Notes under the pieces: model-generated
Databases searched by the model: none
Told to the model about the DNA's origin: nothing
The model's input: the letters and a program-made list of their open reading frames with translations, nothing else
Shown: in pieces, positions 9,803 through 20,194 of the stretch
Layout: each line of letters begins with the position of its first letter
Numbering within the stretch: the stretch's first letter is position 1
Program-made: the position numbers and the translations under genes
NCBI GenBank assembly: GCA_963797095.1
Contig: CAWCNY010000006.1
Coordinates: 224,001 to 288,000 of the forward strand
From: an uncultured Chloroflexia bacterium
GTDB taxonomy: Bacteria; Chloroflexota; Chloroflexia; QHBQ01; JADMIH01
Reading direction: 5' to 3'
Length of the DNA: 64,000 bases

Positions 9803-10465
9803 ATGAGTTTTAACTTCGATCCTGAGCGCTTTCTAGGTTTTATGCTGGCGTTTGTGATAGGGACAACCTTTCACGAGTTCATGCATGCTTATTCGGCGCA
9901 TTTGTTAGGGGACGATACAGCCAAGAACCAGGGGCGGGTTACGCTGAATCCCGCCGCGCACTTCGATCCGCTTGGTTTCTTTTTTGGGCTGTTGCTGGCG
10001 CTTGGCATAGGTTTTATCGCCTGGGGGCGGCCTGTGCCTGTCAATCCATCGAATATGCGATGGGGCAGGCGTGGAATGTCGATAGTGGCGGTGGCCGGGC
10101 CGCTGGCGAACCTGGCTTTTGCCGCGGTTTTGCTGCCGATTGTGAAGCTTGGGGCAGGGGCATTGCCGGACTCGGTGGTCGGTGTGGTGTTCAACATGAT
10201 CCAGCTTAACTTTCTGCTGTTTTGCTTCAACCTGATCCCGATCCCGCCGCTGGATGGGTTCAATATGCTGGTGGGTATACTGCCTAACTACTGGACGATG
10301 GTGCTTGAGCCGATCAGGCGCTACAGCTTGCCGATCCTGATCGGGTTGGTGTTCATAGTGCCGCTGCTTGGCAGGCAGGTGGGCATAGGGCTGGACCCGG
10401 TTAGCCAGGTGCTTTTCCCTGTGTACCAGCTATTGAATCGCATCTTCTTTGGCTCGATCGGATGA
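9803..10465 (+). CDS. Site-2 protease family (M50) membrane metallopeptidase
   Basis: HEFMH, AGPLAN and NLIPIPPLDG motifs. Confidence 0.93.
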   Translation: MSFNFDPERFLGFMLAFVIGTTFHEFMHAYSAHLLGDDTAKNQGRVTLNPAAHFDPLGFFFGLLLALGIGFIAWGRPVPVNPSNMRWGRRGMSIVAVAGPLANLAFAAVLLPIVKLGAGALPDSVVGVVFNMIQLNFLLFCFNLIPIPPLDGFNMLVGILPNYWTMVLEPIRRYSLPILIGLVFIVPLLGRQVGIGLDPVSQVLFPVYQLLNRIFFGSIG

Positions 10466-10472
10466 CGCGTGA

Positions 10473-11030
10473 TTGTGTTTGCCGACTGATTTGGTGACTC
10501 GTTGGGCGTACAGGGCGCGCCAGTTTTTCACCGCTCTCGCGGGGCGGGTCAGAAAGGACGAGATGGCGGAAGCGCGGCAGGTGCTTGGAGATGGGCTGTT
10601 CGCGGTGTTTGCCATAATGCCCAGGCAGTACATGCGGCATGCGCTCAATGTTTACAGGCGCGCGAGTGATGCTGGTTGTGAGGACCTTGATGTGTTACAG
10701 GCCGCGCTGCTGCATGACTCAGGCAAGTACGATCCTGCCAGCGGGCGCTATGTGACCGTGGGCCACCGGGTGGCTGTGGTGCTGCTTGGGGGGGTGCCGG
10801 TAGGCAGGCGCTTGTTGGCCGCAGTATCGAGGCGGAGAGGGGCGCGTGGGTTGGGCGGCTGGATTCTTTACCCGTTCTATTTGAGCAGATATCATGCGCG
10901 GCTTGGCGCGGAGTTGGCGGCGCGCCGGGGGGCGTCTGACGAGGTGATAAGATTGATCGAGCGACACCAGGACGACGGGGGAGAAGACGACAAGCTGAGA
11001 GTCTTGCAGGCGGCGGATGATAGAGAGTAG
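10473..11030 (+). CDS. HD-domain protein
   Basis: RHALNV, AALLHDSGK, HARLGAE, IERH, LQAADD motifs. Confidence 0.85.
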   Translation: MCLPTDLVTRWAYRARQFFTALAGRVRKDEMAEARQVLGDGLFAVFAIMPRQYMRHALNVYRRASDAGCEDLDVLQAALLHDSGKYDPASGRYVTVGHRVAVVLLGGVPVGRRLLAAVSRRRGARGLGGWILYPFYLSRYHARLGAELAARRGASDEVIRLIERHQDDGGEDDKLRVLQAADDRE

Positions 11031-11820
11031 CGTAAACGGGAATATGAATGGGAACGGCACGTTCCAGGTGCGGCTCGATGTGTTTGAGGGGCCGCTCGAC
11101 TTGCTGTTGAAGCTGATTGAGAAGCGGCAACTTGACATAAGTAAAGTAGCGTTGGCCGAGGTGGCTGATAGCTTCCTGCATTACCTCGAAGCTTATCCTG
11201 ATATGCCGCCGGGGCCGCTGGCCTCGTTCGTGTGGGTGGCGAGCAAGCTGATATTGATCAAGTCGCAGGCGCTGCTGCCGAAGCCGCCTTTGCCCAGGAC
11301 TGGCGAGGAAGAGGAAGACCCAGGCGACGAACTGGTGCGGAGGTTGGAGGCGTACAAGCGCGTGCAGGACGCCGCGAAGTGGCTGCGAGAAAGAGAGAGC
11401 GCGGGGTTACGCTCGTATGAGAGGTTGGCGCTGCCGGAGGGGGATGGAGATGGACGCGAGAAGACGCCGGAGGAGATGGGGAACGGGCTGGAAGGGGTGT
11501 CTTTGCAGAAACTTGTGAAACTGGTGCAAAGGCGTATGCAGCTACAGTTGCAGTTGCATGCGGGGATGCCGAGGGGCACTATTACACGCGGTCATGTGGT
11601 GACGGTGGCCGAGAAGGTGGCGCATCTGCGCTCGCGGTTGGGGCGATTGAAAGAAGGTGGGCGCATATCGTTGAGTGATGAGTTTGAGCGAGCGACCACG
11701 CATTCGCGCACGGAACTGGTGGTGTTGTTCCTGGCGGTGCTGGAACTGGTGAGGCGGAAGCTGGCCTGGGCCGAGCAAGACGAATTGTTCGGGGAGATAT
11801 GGCTGAGGAGGCGCGCATGA
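11017..11820 (+). CDS. scpA: Segregation and condensation protein A (kleisin)
   Basis: FEGPLDLLLKLI, IKSQALLP, FLAVLEL..Q.ELFGEI. Confidence 0.93.
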   Translation: MIESSVNGNMNGNGTFQVRLDVFEGPLDLLLKLIEKRQLDISKVALAEVADSFLHYLEAYPDMPPGPLASFVWVASKLILIKSQALLPKPPLPRTGEEEEDPGDELVRRLEAYKRVQDAAKWLRERESAGLRSYERLALPEGDGDGREKTPEEMGNGLEGVSLQKLVKLVQRRMQLQLQLHAGMPRGTITRGHVVTVAEKVAHLRSRLGRLKEGGRISLSDEFERATTHSRTELVVLFLAVLELVRRKLAWAEQDELFGEIWLRRRA

Positions 11821-12893
11821 ACATCTACAACAGACGTATGTTCGCGCAGCTTGAGGATTGGATCGAGAGGAGCGAGCGGCCACCGATCATCACTATGACC
11901 ACGGACTTCGGGCAGTATGATGGGTATGTCGGCACGATGAAGGGGGTTATTCATACGCTGCTGCCGAATGCGAAGCTGGTGGATATCAGCCACGAGATTT
12001 CGCCGCACCAGATCAACGAGGGGGCGTTTATTCTGTACAGGGCGTATCGCTACTTCCCGGCGGGAGCGGTGCATATCGCGGTGGTGGACCCAGGGGTGGG
12101 GAGCGACAGGCGTCCTATCGTGCTGGTGATGCGGCACGGGATTTTTGTAGGCCCGGACAACGGAATATTTACGTATGTGTTGAGGGCGGAGCTGGCTGCA
12201 CAGCACGAGGCGGAACGTGGGCCTGAAGAGGATGGTGAAGACGCGGCCAACCCTGGGGGCGACGGGTTGGAACTGCCTGGCGGTCCTGCCTGGGCGGGAG
12301 GGATGTGGGGCGTTGCGCCCAACTGGGAAGGGGATGAGCCTGCCGGGAGGCGCAGGCGAGCACACAGGTTCGGGCAGGGCGGAGAAGCGGACCTGCCGAG
12401 GGCATACCACCTGGACAAGCCGAATTACTGGCTACCGACCGTAAGCAGCACATTTCATGGGCGGGATATATTCGCGCCTGTGGCGGCGCACCTTGCCAGC
12501 GGGGCGCAACCCGACCGGATTGGAAGCCGTATCTCGCTCGACAGCCTGATAAAACTGCCCATAGGCGCGCCTCGCGTGTATAGATCGGGGAAGAGCGTGA
12601 CGATAGTGGGCCAGATAGTGCACGTGGACAGGTTCGGGAACATCATCACGAATCTGCCCGACAGGCTGCTCGCGCCGATACTGGCGAAGCACGGAGAGCC
12701 GCTGGTGGAGGTTGGTGGGCATTCTATCAAGGGGCTGGCGGAGTCGTACATGGATGTAAAGGAAGGGCAGCCTGTGGCGCTGATGGGGTCGGAGCGTTTG
12801 TTGGAGATAGCTGTGCGTAACTCGAACGCCGCGCACAGGATGAAGGTGCGCACCGGAGACCCGGTGAGGATAACAGTTTGGCGGGAGGAGTAG
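11817..12893 (+). CDS. SAM hydroxide adenosyltransferase (DUF62 family)
   Basis: ITMTTDFG, VVDPGVGSDRR, GPDNG, SSTFHGRDIFAP, VDRFGN; ATGA overlap with the scpA stop. Confidence 0.9.
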   Translation: MNIYNRRMFAQLEDWIERSERPPIITMTTDFGQYDGYVGTMKGVIHTLLPNAKLVDISHEISPHQINEGAFILYRAYRYFPAGAVHIAVVDPGVGSDRRPIVLVMRHGIFVGPDNGIFTYVLRAELAAQHEAERGPEEDGEDAANPGGDGLELPGGPAWAGGMWGVAPNWEGDEPAGRRRRAHRFGQGGEADLPRAYHLDKPNYWLPTVSSTFHGRDIFAPVAAHLASGAQPDRIGSRISLDSLIKLPIGAPRVYRSGKSVTIVGQIVHVDRFGNIITNLPDRLLAPILAKHGEPLVEVGGHSIKGLAESYMDVKEGQPVALMGSERLLEIAVRNSNAAHRMKVRTGDPVRITVWREE

Positions 12894-13167
12894 TACATAC
12901 GCTATTTGCTGTATTTTCGCAGTATTGTTGCCTGGCAAGCGGCAGAATCGCTTGCGTTGGCCTCCTCCGATGGGTTATCATGCCCCTTGCGCCACGCAGA
13001 TAGCGTGCGCCCCTGCTCTATGAGCATGAAAACTGGGATACGTGCTTCTACGTCTAACGTTGCATACGCGGTAGCTTCGTCCGGATTTGCCCTGTACGTG
13101 TTCCAGCCAGGGAGGGAGCAATTGTGCAACCTCCAATCCTTGCTATGTTGAGGAGGCAACTTTACAA

Positions 13168-15315
13168 ATGGCACGTACTTTGCCTAAGGGAGGCAAAGGC
13201 TCGATAGGAGAGGACGCGGAAGCTGTGGCGCGAAATGAGGGCGGCCGATCTTCGCGCAACGACAAGCACAACGGGAACGGAGTAATGGACTCCACCCAGG
13301 TATCATCTCAATCTTCCTTATTCTCCGGCAAGACTTCGCGTTCCGGCTCCCGCCAGCGCAAGGCTATGGGCGACGCCCAGGAGAGCCTCAACTCCCTGCT
13401 TCAATCTCCGGCTGACAACGGTCAGCCAATCATCCTGTCATCATCAGGCGCGGTGCGTAACACGAAGGGGCGAATCGCAAGCCCCAAAGCGAACGGCGCG
13501 CATCCCACTTCCCGGCCCGGAAGCGCGGGCCAGTTGATCGACGGCGATACGGCCAGAGAGGTCGAGTCGGGTTCCACCGACCGCTTGCTGGCTATAGTTC
13601 CCCACACGCAGCCACTCTATGAGGACGAGGAGGTACACGACGTACCGCAGTCGCGCCTCTCTATGGGTCTGCAAATCGCGGGCGAGCGCGTGCAATCGGC
13701 GCGTGATCGTGTTGGCCTGCTGATCAAAACAGATAGTGATGAGTTCGGGCTTGGCCCGGTTGGCGCGCATGATGACCTTGCGGTACATAGCTCGCGCAGG
13801 CACGCGGCCCGCTGGGTGACGCGGTATGCAACCCACTTTGTGATCCTGGTGGTGGTGGGAATGCTGGTTGCGTTCGGTGGGCTGAAGGCCCTTACCGTGC
13901 AGAGCGCATTCCCCAATGGCCTGGCTGCCGTGGACAATTACGGGACCGACTACTTCGGCGACGAGGATGGGGGCGACCAGGCTATGAATAGCCAGGACTA
14001 CGCCCTCACTTTGCCGCGTACCGAGCTGGGTGGCACAGACGCCGCCGACAATTCACGCGTTTATGTAGCCCCTATCGAGGGGAAAGACGGGCTGGTAGAG
14101 CAGCAGCCTGTTGAGCGCACGACCGTTACGGCTTATACCGTGCAGGCCGGTGATACGATAGAGTCGGTGGCTGCCAAGTTCAATGTGATGCCGGAAACGG
14201 TGATGGGGTCGAACGGCATCTGGGATTCGGAAGAGGAACTGGCGGCAGGACGGGTGTTGCAGGTGCCACCCATCGATGGCATGTACTATGTACCGAAAGA
14301 GGGCGATACGCTCGATTCGGTGGCGCGCAAGTTCCAGGCCGATCCCTCTATGATCGAGGGGTATGCCGCGAATAACGCAGCGGACGGCACGCTTACGGTA
14401 GGCCAGCCTATCGTGGTGCCGGGCGGTATGATGCCGATGCGCGAGACGGCTATTACGTATGTAGTGCGCAAAGGTGATACTTACAAGAAGATAGCGGCGC
14501 GCTTCGGGATCGATGTTACGACTATACTGCACGCCAACGATATACCCGATCCCACGGTTGCCACGCCGGGCGCGGCTTTGCGCATACTGCCTGTGGCGGG
14601 TATGGAGTACAGGACCCAAACGGGCGATACAGTGTTCTCGGTGGCCGACAAGTTCGGCGTGACGACGCAGATGATCATGGACTTCACACCCAATGGGGTG
14701 ACGACTGCGGACGCGTTTCCGGTTGACAAGCTGCTGATGATCCCAGGCGGCAGCCCACCGAGCGAGGTGGCGGCGGCCAGGTTGGCGGCGGCTCAAGAGG
14801 CGGAGAAGCAGAACGAGAGCAGCACCCAGGCATCAAGCGATAAGCCCAGCCAGTCGGCGGCCAAGCCTGTTACTCCGAAGGCCACGCCCAAGCCTTCGAC
14901 AGCCCCCAAGCCCGCGACCAGCGGGTATACGGGTGGGTCGGGCACGCTTGGGTGGCCCCTGGCCAGCTTTGTAATTACCCAGTACTTCACAAGCTACCAC
15001 AATGGTTTGGACCTGGCAGCGCCTGCGGGCACGCCGATCCACGCCGCAGCAGCAGGCAAGGTGATCTGGTCGGGGTGGCGCACCGATGGGTTGGGGTACT
15101 GCGTGTTCATTGACCACCAGAACGGCCTGACGACAGTGTACGGGCATATGATCAGGCAGCCTGCCGTGTATGTGGGCCAGTATGTGTCGCGCGGGCAGGT
15201 GATAGGGTACGTGGGTTCGACCGGGCACTCGACCGGGCCGCACACGCACTTTATGGTGAAGGTGGGGACGGGGCGCAACTATCGCAACCCGCTGGCTTAC
15301 CTGGGCTCGCGATAA
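13168..15315 (+). CDS. Membrane-anchored LysM (x4) / M23 peptidase
   Basis: AGGAGG RBS; one TM helix; four LysM repeats (YTVQAGDT, YVPKEGDT, YVVRKGDT, YRTQTGDT); HNGLD and STGPHTHF M23 motifs. Confidence 0.93.
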   Translation: MARTLPKGGKGSIGEDAEAVARNEGGRSSRNDKHNGNGVMDSTQVSSQSSLFSGKTSRSGSRQRKAMGDAQESLNSLLQSPADNGQPIILSSSGAVRNTKGRIASPKANGAHPTSRPGSAGQLIDGDTAREVESGSTDRLLAIVPHTQPLYEDEEVHDVPQSRLSMGLQIAGERVQSARDRVGLLIKTDSDEFGLGPVGAHDDLAVHSSRRHAARWVTRYATHFVILVVVGMLVAFGGLKALTVQSAFPNGLAAVDNYGTDYFGDEDGGDQAMNSQDYALTLPRTELGGTDAADNSRVYVAPIEGKDGLVEQQPVERTTVTAYTVQAGDTIESVAAKFNVMPETVMGSNGIWDSEEELAAGRVLQVPPIDGMYYVPKEGDTLDSVARKFQADPSMIEGYAANNAADGTLTVGQPIVVPGGMMPMRETAITYVVRKGDTYKKIAARFGIDVTTILHANDIPDPTVATPGAALRILPVAGMEYRTQTGDTVFSVADKFGVTTQMIMDFTPNGVTTADAFPVDKLLMIPGGSPPSEVAAARLAAAQEAEKQNESSTQASSDKPSQSAAKPVTPKATPKPSTAPKPATSGYTGGSGTLGWPLASFVITQYFTSYHNGLDLAAPAGTPIHAAAAGKVIWSGWRTDGLGYCVFIDHQNGLTTVYGHMIRQPAVYVGQYVSRGQVIGYVGSTGHSTGPHTHFMVKVGTGRNYRNPLAYLGSR

Positions 15316-15337
15316 CGCACACTAATTCGGTCGCAAG

Positions 15338-15366
15338 GAGGCATCCCTCACCGGGATGCCTCTTTT
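15338..15366 (+). terminator. Rho-independent terminator
   Basis: GAGGCATCCC-tcacc-GGGATGCCTC followed by TTTT. Confidence 0.85.
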
Positions 15367-15506
15367 CTATTGAAGCAATTTACATTCTTACTTGCCCGGA
15401 GCCTGGAAAGGTGGCCGGTGCGCTTTATTTGAGCTTTCGGAAGATTTACCCCCTTTTTCCTGTATCTACCTGTTTCTCTATCATTGCAGATTTTAGATCT
15501 GGCCAT

Positions 15507-15776
15507 TCAAGCGGCGAATAGGTCGTACAGATGCTCCTGAGGAACACCCGCCACAAACTGCTTATGCAGCCAATCGAGCAAGCATCGCCGGTGCACTCGC
15601 TGCATTTCTCTGCGCGCATCCCCGATGGTCACACGAACGTGCTCGCTCGTGCTGGCCTGCAAACTGGCACGCTGCTCATCCAGAAGCGTGTACGCCGCCA
15701 ACACCAACGTCCAGAACCGCTCGATTGCTGTGGCGCTCATCAGTTGGTACTGGTCCAGCCCCAGCAACTCCTTACG
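15507..15776 (-). pseudogene. 3' fragment of an IS701-family transposase
   Basis: KELLGLDQYQLMSATAIERFWTLV motif; no 5' part present. Confidence 0.7.
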
Positions 15777-15799
15777 GATGGACGTTGGTGGAAAAATAC

Positions 15800-16487
15800 A
15801 ACCCTTGCCTAACTACAGCTACCCCACTGCGACCTCAACAGCGTGCTCAATCCAATTCAGCGATGTGCCCGAAGGCTCTACTTTCTACGGTTTCGTGAGG
15901 TGCATGGCCTGTAGAGGCATAATCAACGGTTACACAACAGGATGCGAGACGGGCAGCCCATGTTTCAAGCCCGGTAACAGTGTCGCAAGGGGGCAGCTTG
16001 CCAAGATCGTCGCAAACGCTGCGGGCTTCAACGAGCCTGCGGGAGCACAACGGTACGAGGACGTAGCACCGGGGTCTACCTTCTACGACTTCATCTGGAG
16101 ACTGTCTGACCGGGGCTATATCAATGGCTATGATTGTGGAGGAGTAGGCGAGCCGTACGGAAGCGGTTCTCTACCGTACTTCCGGCCCAATGGCAACGCC
16201 ACTCGTGGGCAGATATCCAAGATAATGAGTAATGCAGCAGGGTTCAGCGAGCCACCTGGGGAGCAGCTATTTGAGGATGTGCTTCCCGGTTCCACCTTCT
16301 ATGAGTTCGTGGAGCGGTTGGCTTCGCGTGGGGTGATGGGGGGATATGAGTGCGGGGGAGCGGGCGAGCCATGTGGGAGCGGCAGCCTGCCATATTTCAG
16401 GCCGGCTAACAATGCGAGCAGGGGCAGACATCGAAGATCGTAGCCAACACCTTCTACCCCGATTGTGAAACTCCGCGCAAAAGATAG
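15800..16487 (+). pseudogene. S-layer homology (SLH) tail fragment, frameshifted
   Basis: Three SLH repeats (FSDVPEGSTFY..RGIINGY..RGQLAKI); a 1-bp deletion near 16425 shifts the terminal GQTSKIVANTFYPDCETP; N-terminus replaced by the IS remnant. Confidence 0.8.
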
Positions 16488-16581
16488 TCCCGGTGAATTG
16501 CCGCTCAGGTGAATAATGTCGACCGGCTTCAGTTTGCTGCGGCAGAGTGAAGAATTTCGACTTGGTGATCACAAAGGAGCT

Positions 16582-16620
16582 AGCGTCGGCGTTGACGCTG
16601 GAGCGTCAGGGCTGTAGGAT
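16582..16620 (+). promoter_or_regulatory. Sigma70 promoter of the uvrA-like gene with overlapping palindromic operator
   Basis: TTGACG (16592)-17 bp-TAGGAT (16615); palindrome TGACGCT-GG-AGCGTCA (16593-16608) plus a third AGCGTC at 16582. Confidence 0.6.
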
Positions 16621-16702
16621 GGTGATGGTAGGTGCACTGTGGGATTTCCGGTGGACTTTGAGTGTTGTACCCTTTATTCGCATATCGTAGGAGGAGAACG
16701 CA

Positions 16703-19267
16703 ATGATAATGCAGGGCACGATCACTATAAGAGGGGCGCGTCTTCACAATCTCAAGAATATCACCCTGAGTATTCCTAAGAACAAGTTGGTCGTGTTGAC
16801 CGGGCTATCAGGCTCAGGTAAGTCAACCCTGGCATTTGACACATTGCATCACGAGTTGTTGCGCCAATTATTTGAATCGGTTGGTATGGTCACATACCAG
16901 CAGAAGCCAAATGTTGAGCGCATCGAGGGTCTATCTCCCTCGATCAGCATCGACCAGCATTTGACCAACCACAGCCCGCGATCCACTGTTGGCACCGTCA
17001 CGGAAGTGTTCACCTACCTGCGCATACTGTTCGCCCGCATAGGTCAACAGCCCTGCCCTGCCTGTGGTCGGGATGTTCCGCCATCCCACAACGTTACCGG
17101 AGTTGAGCTTTGGGATGAAGATGCCACCGGCGAGCCGGGCGAAGCTGCGGAGGGCACCTATCCATGCCCGCACTGCGGCGCAGCCATACCTGAACTAGGG
17201 ATGGCTCACTTTTCCTTTAATAAGCCCGAAGGCGCGTGTCCGACCTGCACGGGCCTGGGTGTCGTATATGGGGCCAACTTATCGATGCTGATCGATCCGG
17301 CGCGCAGCATCCCGGATGGTGGCGTGGTTCGCTGGGTTTCGCAGGAAATCACGAGGCATCTTGAAACGCTGCAACTGGCCGCTGAATACTATGGGTTTGC
17401 TTTCAACCCGGCGACGCCTATAGGAAAATTCACGCAAGCGCAGCGCGATCTGCTGCTGTACGGGGTCCAAAGCCGGGAGTTTCGACGCCACTATCCGGAT
17501 ATTGAACCTCCGGCATACGTCAATCGGGGTCGGTTTGAGGGTGTCATGACCGCCATGATGAGGCGTTACCAGGAACACGCCCAGGATGCGGACTATCGCC
17601 AGCGGTTGGAACAATTGATGGTGACGCAAACTTGCCCCGACTGCCAGGGCAATCGCCTGCGCTCGGAGAGCCGCCGGGTAGAGATCGGTGGGTCAACCAT
17701 TATCGACCTATCGCAAATACCGTTTACGGCGCTCCATAACTGGATAGAGGGGCTGCCGACAATCGTGCCGGTAAGCGAGAGAGACATCATCCAGCCGATT
17801 ATCGAGGATCTGAGCGAACGCATCAGCCGTTTGGTGGACGTGGGGGCAGGCTATTTGAACATGGCGCGCGCCTCGCCTACCCTGTCGGAAGGCGAGGCGC
17901 AAAGATTACGGCTGGCCGCGCTGCTGGGTTCCGATTTGACGGGGATGATATATGTACTCGACGAACCGACAATTGGCCTGCACCAGCGGGATACGGGCAA
18001 GCTGATCGATGTACTGCGCCAACTGCGTGACCTGGGAAACACGGTGCTGGTAGTCGAACACGACCTGGAAATGATCCGTAACGCGGATCATGTGATTGAT
18101 TTCGGTCCCGGTGCGGGCCGGAATGGTGGGCAGATCGTCGCGGTAGGAACGCCCGGTGAGATCGCGGCTAGTAGATCGTCGATAACGGGCGATTATCTTT
18201 CGGGTCGAGTCGCCTTGCCAGGCTCCCGGTTGCGGCCCGGCAGCGGGAAAGGCCTAGTCATTCGTGGGGCACGCGAGCATAATCTGAAGAATGTTACCGT
18301 GGGGATACCCCTTGGGACCCTTACCGTTGTTGCTGGGGTCTCCGGTTCGGGCAAGTCCTCGTTGATGCTCGACATCCTCGACCGGGCGGCCCGGCAGCAC
18401 TTTAATGGCGCGACTGAGGCCCCAGGTGAACACGACACCATTGAAGGGTGGGCACACCTGGACAAGATCATTTCGATCGATCAGGCGGCTATCGGGCGCA
18501 CGCCTCGTTCCAACGCGGCGACTTATACAGATGCCTTCACGTCGATCCGCCAGGTTCTCGCAGAAACGATCGAGGCACGCCGCCGCCACCTGACCCCCGG
18601 ACACTTTTCGTTCAATATGCCTGGTGGGCACTGCGAACGCTGCAAAGGTGCCGGTACACTCATGGTGAATATGCACTTTCTACCGGATGTGCAGGTGCGT
18701 TGTCCGGCTTGTGGGGGGCGGCGTTTCAAACAGGATGTGCTAGCCGTTCGCTATCGCGGCTACGACATCGCTGAGATACTCGATCTGACGATTGAGGAGG
18801 CACTGGCGGTATTTGAAGATGTACCGGCAGTGGCTGCGCGTCTATCGCTGATGGCCGAGGTTGGCCTGGGGTATATGCAACTGGGGCAGCCCGCCGATAC
18901 GCTGTCTGGTGGCGAAGCCCAGCGTATCAAGCTAGCCAAAGAACTGGCGCGCCGCACGACGGGCCGGACGCTGTACCTGCTGGACGAGCCAACGACAGGA
19001 TTGCACCCAGCTGATGTGGCCCGCCTCCTTGACCTGTTGCAGAGGTTGGTGGATGGCGGTAACACCGTGGTGGTTATCGAACATAACCTGGATGTGATAC
19101 GGGCCGCCGATTGGATTATCGACCTGGGGCCTGAAGGTGGCGAGGCAGGCGGATACGTCGTCGCCGAAGGGCCGCCAGAGGCAATCGCCGGGGTTACTCA
19201 ATCGTTTACAGGGAGGTTCCTGGATAAGGTGCTCGAAGGCGCGGCTATCTATAGTCCTTCATGTTGA
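16703..19267 (+). CDS. uvrA: UvrA-like ABC ATPase, class II (UvrA2/DrrC-like)
   Basis: Two Walker A (GLSGSGKS, GVSGSGKS), signatures LSEGEAQR and LSGGEAQR, Zn fingers; 854 aa with only a short linker between the first Zn-finger Cys pairs, so the UvrB-binding domain is absent. Confidence 0.9.
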   Translation: MIMQGTITIRGARLHNLKNITLSIPKNKLVVLTGLSGSGKSTLAFDTLHHELLRQLFESVGMVTYQQKPNVERIEGLSPSISIDQHLTNHSPRSTVGTVTEVFTYLRILFARIGQQPCPACGRDVPPSHNVTGVELWDEDATGEPGEAAEGTYPCPHCGAAIPELGMAHFSFNKPEGACPTCTGLGVVYGANLSMLIDPARSIPDGGVVRWVSQEITRHLETLQLAAEYYGFAFNPATPIGKFTQAQRDLLLYGVQSREFRRHYPDIEPPAYVNRGRFEGVMTAMMRRYQEHAQDADYRQRLEQLMVTQTCPDCQGNRLRSESRRVEIGGSTIIDLSQIPFTALHNWIEGLPTIVPVSERDIIQPIIEDLSERISRLVDVGAGYLNMARASPTLSEGEAQRLRLAALLGSDLTGMIYVLDEPTIGLHQRDTGKLIDVLRQLRDLGNTVLVVEHDLEMIRNADHVIDFGPGAGRNGGQIVAVGTPGEIAASRSSITGDYLSGRVALPGSRLRPGSGKGLVIRGAREHNLKNVTVGIPLGTLTVVAGVSGSGKSSLMLDILDRAARQHFNGATEAPGEHDTIEGWAHLDKIISIDQAAIGRTPRSNAATYTDAFTSIRQVLAETIEARRRHLTPGHFSFNMPGGHCERCKGAGTLMVNMHFLPDVQVRCPACGGRRFKQDVLAVRYRGYDIAEILDLTIEEALAVFEDVPAVAARLSLMAEVGLGYMQLGQPADTLSGGEAQRIKLAKELARRTTGRTLYLLDEPTTGLHPADVARLLDLLQRLVDGGNTVVVIEHNLDVIRAADWIIDLGPEGGEAGGYVVAEGPPEAIAGVTQSFTGRFLDKVLEGAAIYSPSC

Positions 19268-19287
19268 TAGATAATAACGATACAATT

Positions 19288-19397
19288 GGGTATGAACAAC
19301 CAGGGGGTATGAACAACGAACGAAAGAACCTCTCTGCCGCGTCTGCCGGAGCCACCGATTGGCGGGAAGGTAGACGCCTCAGAGTATGGGAACTGGG
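19288..19397 (+). pseudogene. 5' remnant of an IS630-like transposase
   Basis: MNNERKNLS...ATDWREGRRLRVWEL resembles the N-terminus of IS630 HTH ORFs; similarity ends abruptly; GGGTATGAACAAC duplicated at 19288 and 19305. Confidence 0.45.
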
Positions 19398-19579
19398 GAG
19401 CTGCGCCAGCAAGGTTGGACCCAACAGCGGACCGCCCAAGCCCCTGGCGTGACACAAGGTGCAATAGTGCAGTAAGCCAATGGTTGGGACGCTCAGGGCG
19501 AACCACCAGCCTGGCTGCCATTACTCATCTATGTGAAGGGCTATAAGATCTGTGTTCATGAAAGGTGCAGCATAATCCC

Positions 19580-20095
19580 ATGATCCTCCCCAAAGATCGC
19601 GACCCTCGCTTCATCACCATCCGCCGCGGTGGGACGCTCACGGATTCAGACCATCACCTTCTCGCCTTGTGGGCAGCCGCGTGTGCGGAGCATGTCCTGC
19701 ACCTGTTCGAGTTGGCGAAGCCTTCGGACTCGCGACCGCGTCACGCAATTGAGCAGGCTCGGGCCTGGGTGCGAGGCGAGGTCACTATGTCCGAGGCCCG
19801 CGAGGCAGCCGGCCATGCGATGGCGGCGGCCAGGGATCTGAGAGGCGCGGCGCGCCATGCCGCGTATGCTGCCGGTCAGGCGGCGGCGGTCGCGCACGTG
19901 GCCGCGCACGAACTCGGAGCAGCAGCCTACGCGATCAAGGCTGCGCGGGCGGCTGCGCCTGAAGGCGAGGGGGAGAGTAGTGGCCGGCTCGAGTGCCGCT
20001 GGCAGCGCGACCAGCTGCCGGATGCGATTTGCGATCTTGTCCTGGACGATGAGCGGTTACGAAACGACATCTGCTGGTCGGTATTCGACTGCTGA
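19580..20095 (+). CDS. Imm5-like putative immunity protein
   Basis: MILPKDRDPRFITIRRGG..LALWAAACAEHVL..D.RPR.AI..AAGQAAAVAHVAAHELGAAAYA..ECRWQ. Confidence 0.8.
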   Translation: MILPKDRDPRFITIRRGGTLTDSDHHLLALWAAACAEHVLHLFELAKPSDSRPRHAIEQARAWVRGEVTMSEAREAAGHAMAAARDLRGAARHAAYAAGQAAAVAHVAAHELGAAAYAIKAARAAAPEGEGESSGRLECRWQRDQLPDAICDLVLDDERLRNDICWSVFDC

Positions 20096-20134
20096 TGGGC
20101 GACGGCGTGTGCCGGCACTGCCAGCACTGCCCAC

Positions 20135-20194
20135 TCCGTCCTTCGTCCTCCGCGCTTCGAGCCGACGCCGCGAGCGCGGAGGACGAAGGACGGA
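20135..20194. repeat. 22-bp perfect inverted repeat between convergent genes
   Basis: TCCGTCCTTCGTCCTCCGCGCT (20135-20156) pairs with AGCGCGGAGGACGAAGGACGGA (20173-20194). Confidence 0.85.

Noticed and set aside
11817-12893. Fluorinase/chlorinase
   Set aside because: Retains the DPGVG..R and TFHGRD residues typical of hydroxide adenosyltransferases, in a housekeeping context.
12894-13167. c-di-AMP (ydaO) riboswitch before the LysM-M23 gene
   Set aside because: Conserved ydaO segments not found by eye; an Infernal/Rfam scan would settle it.
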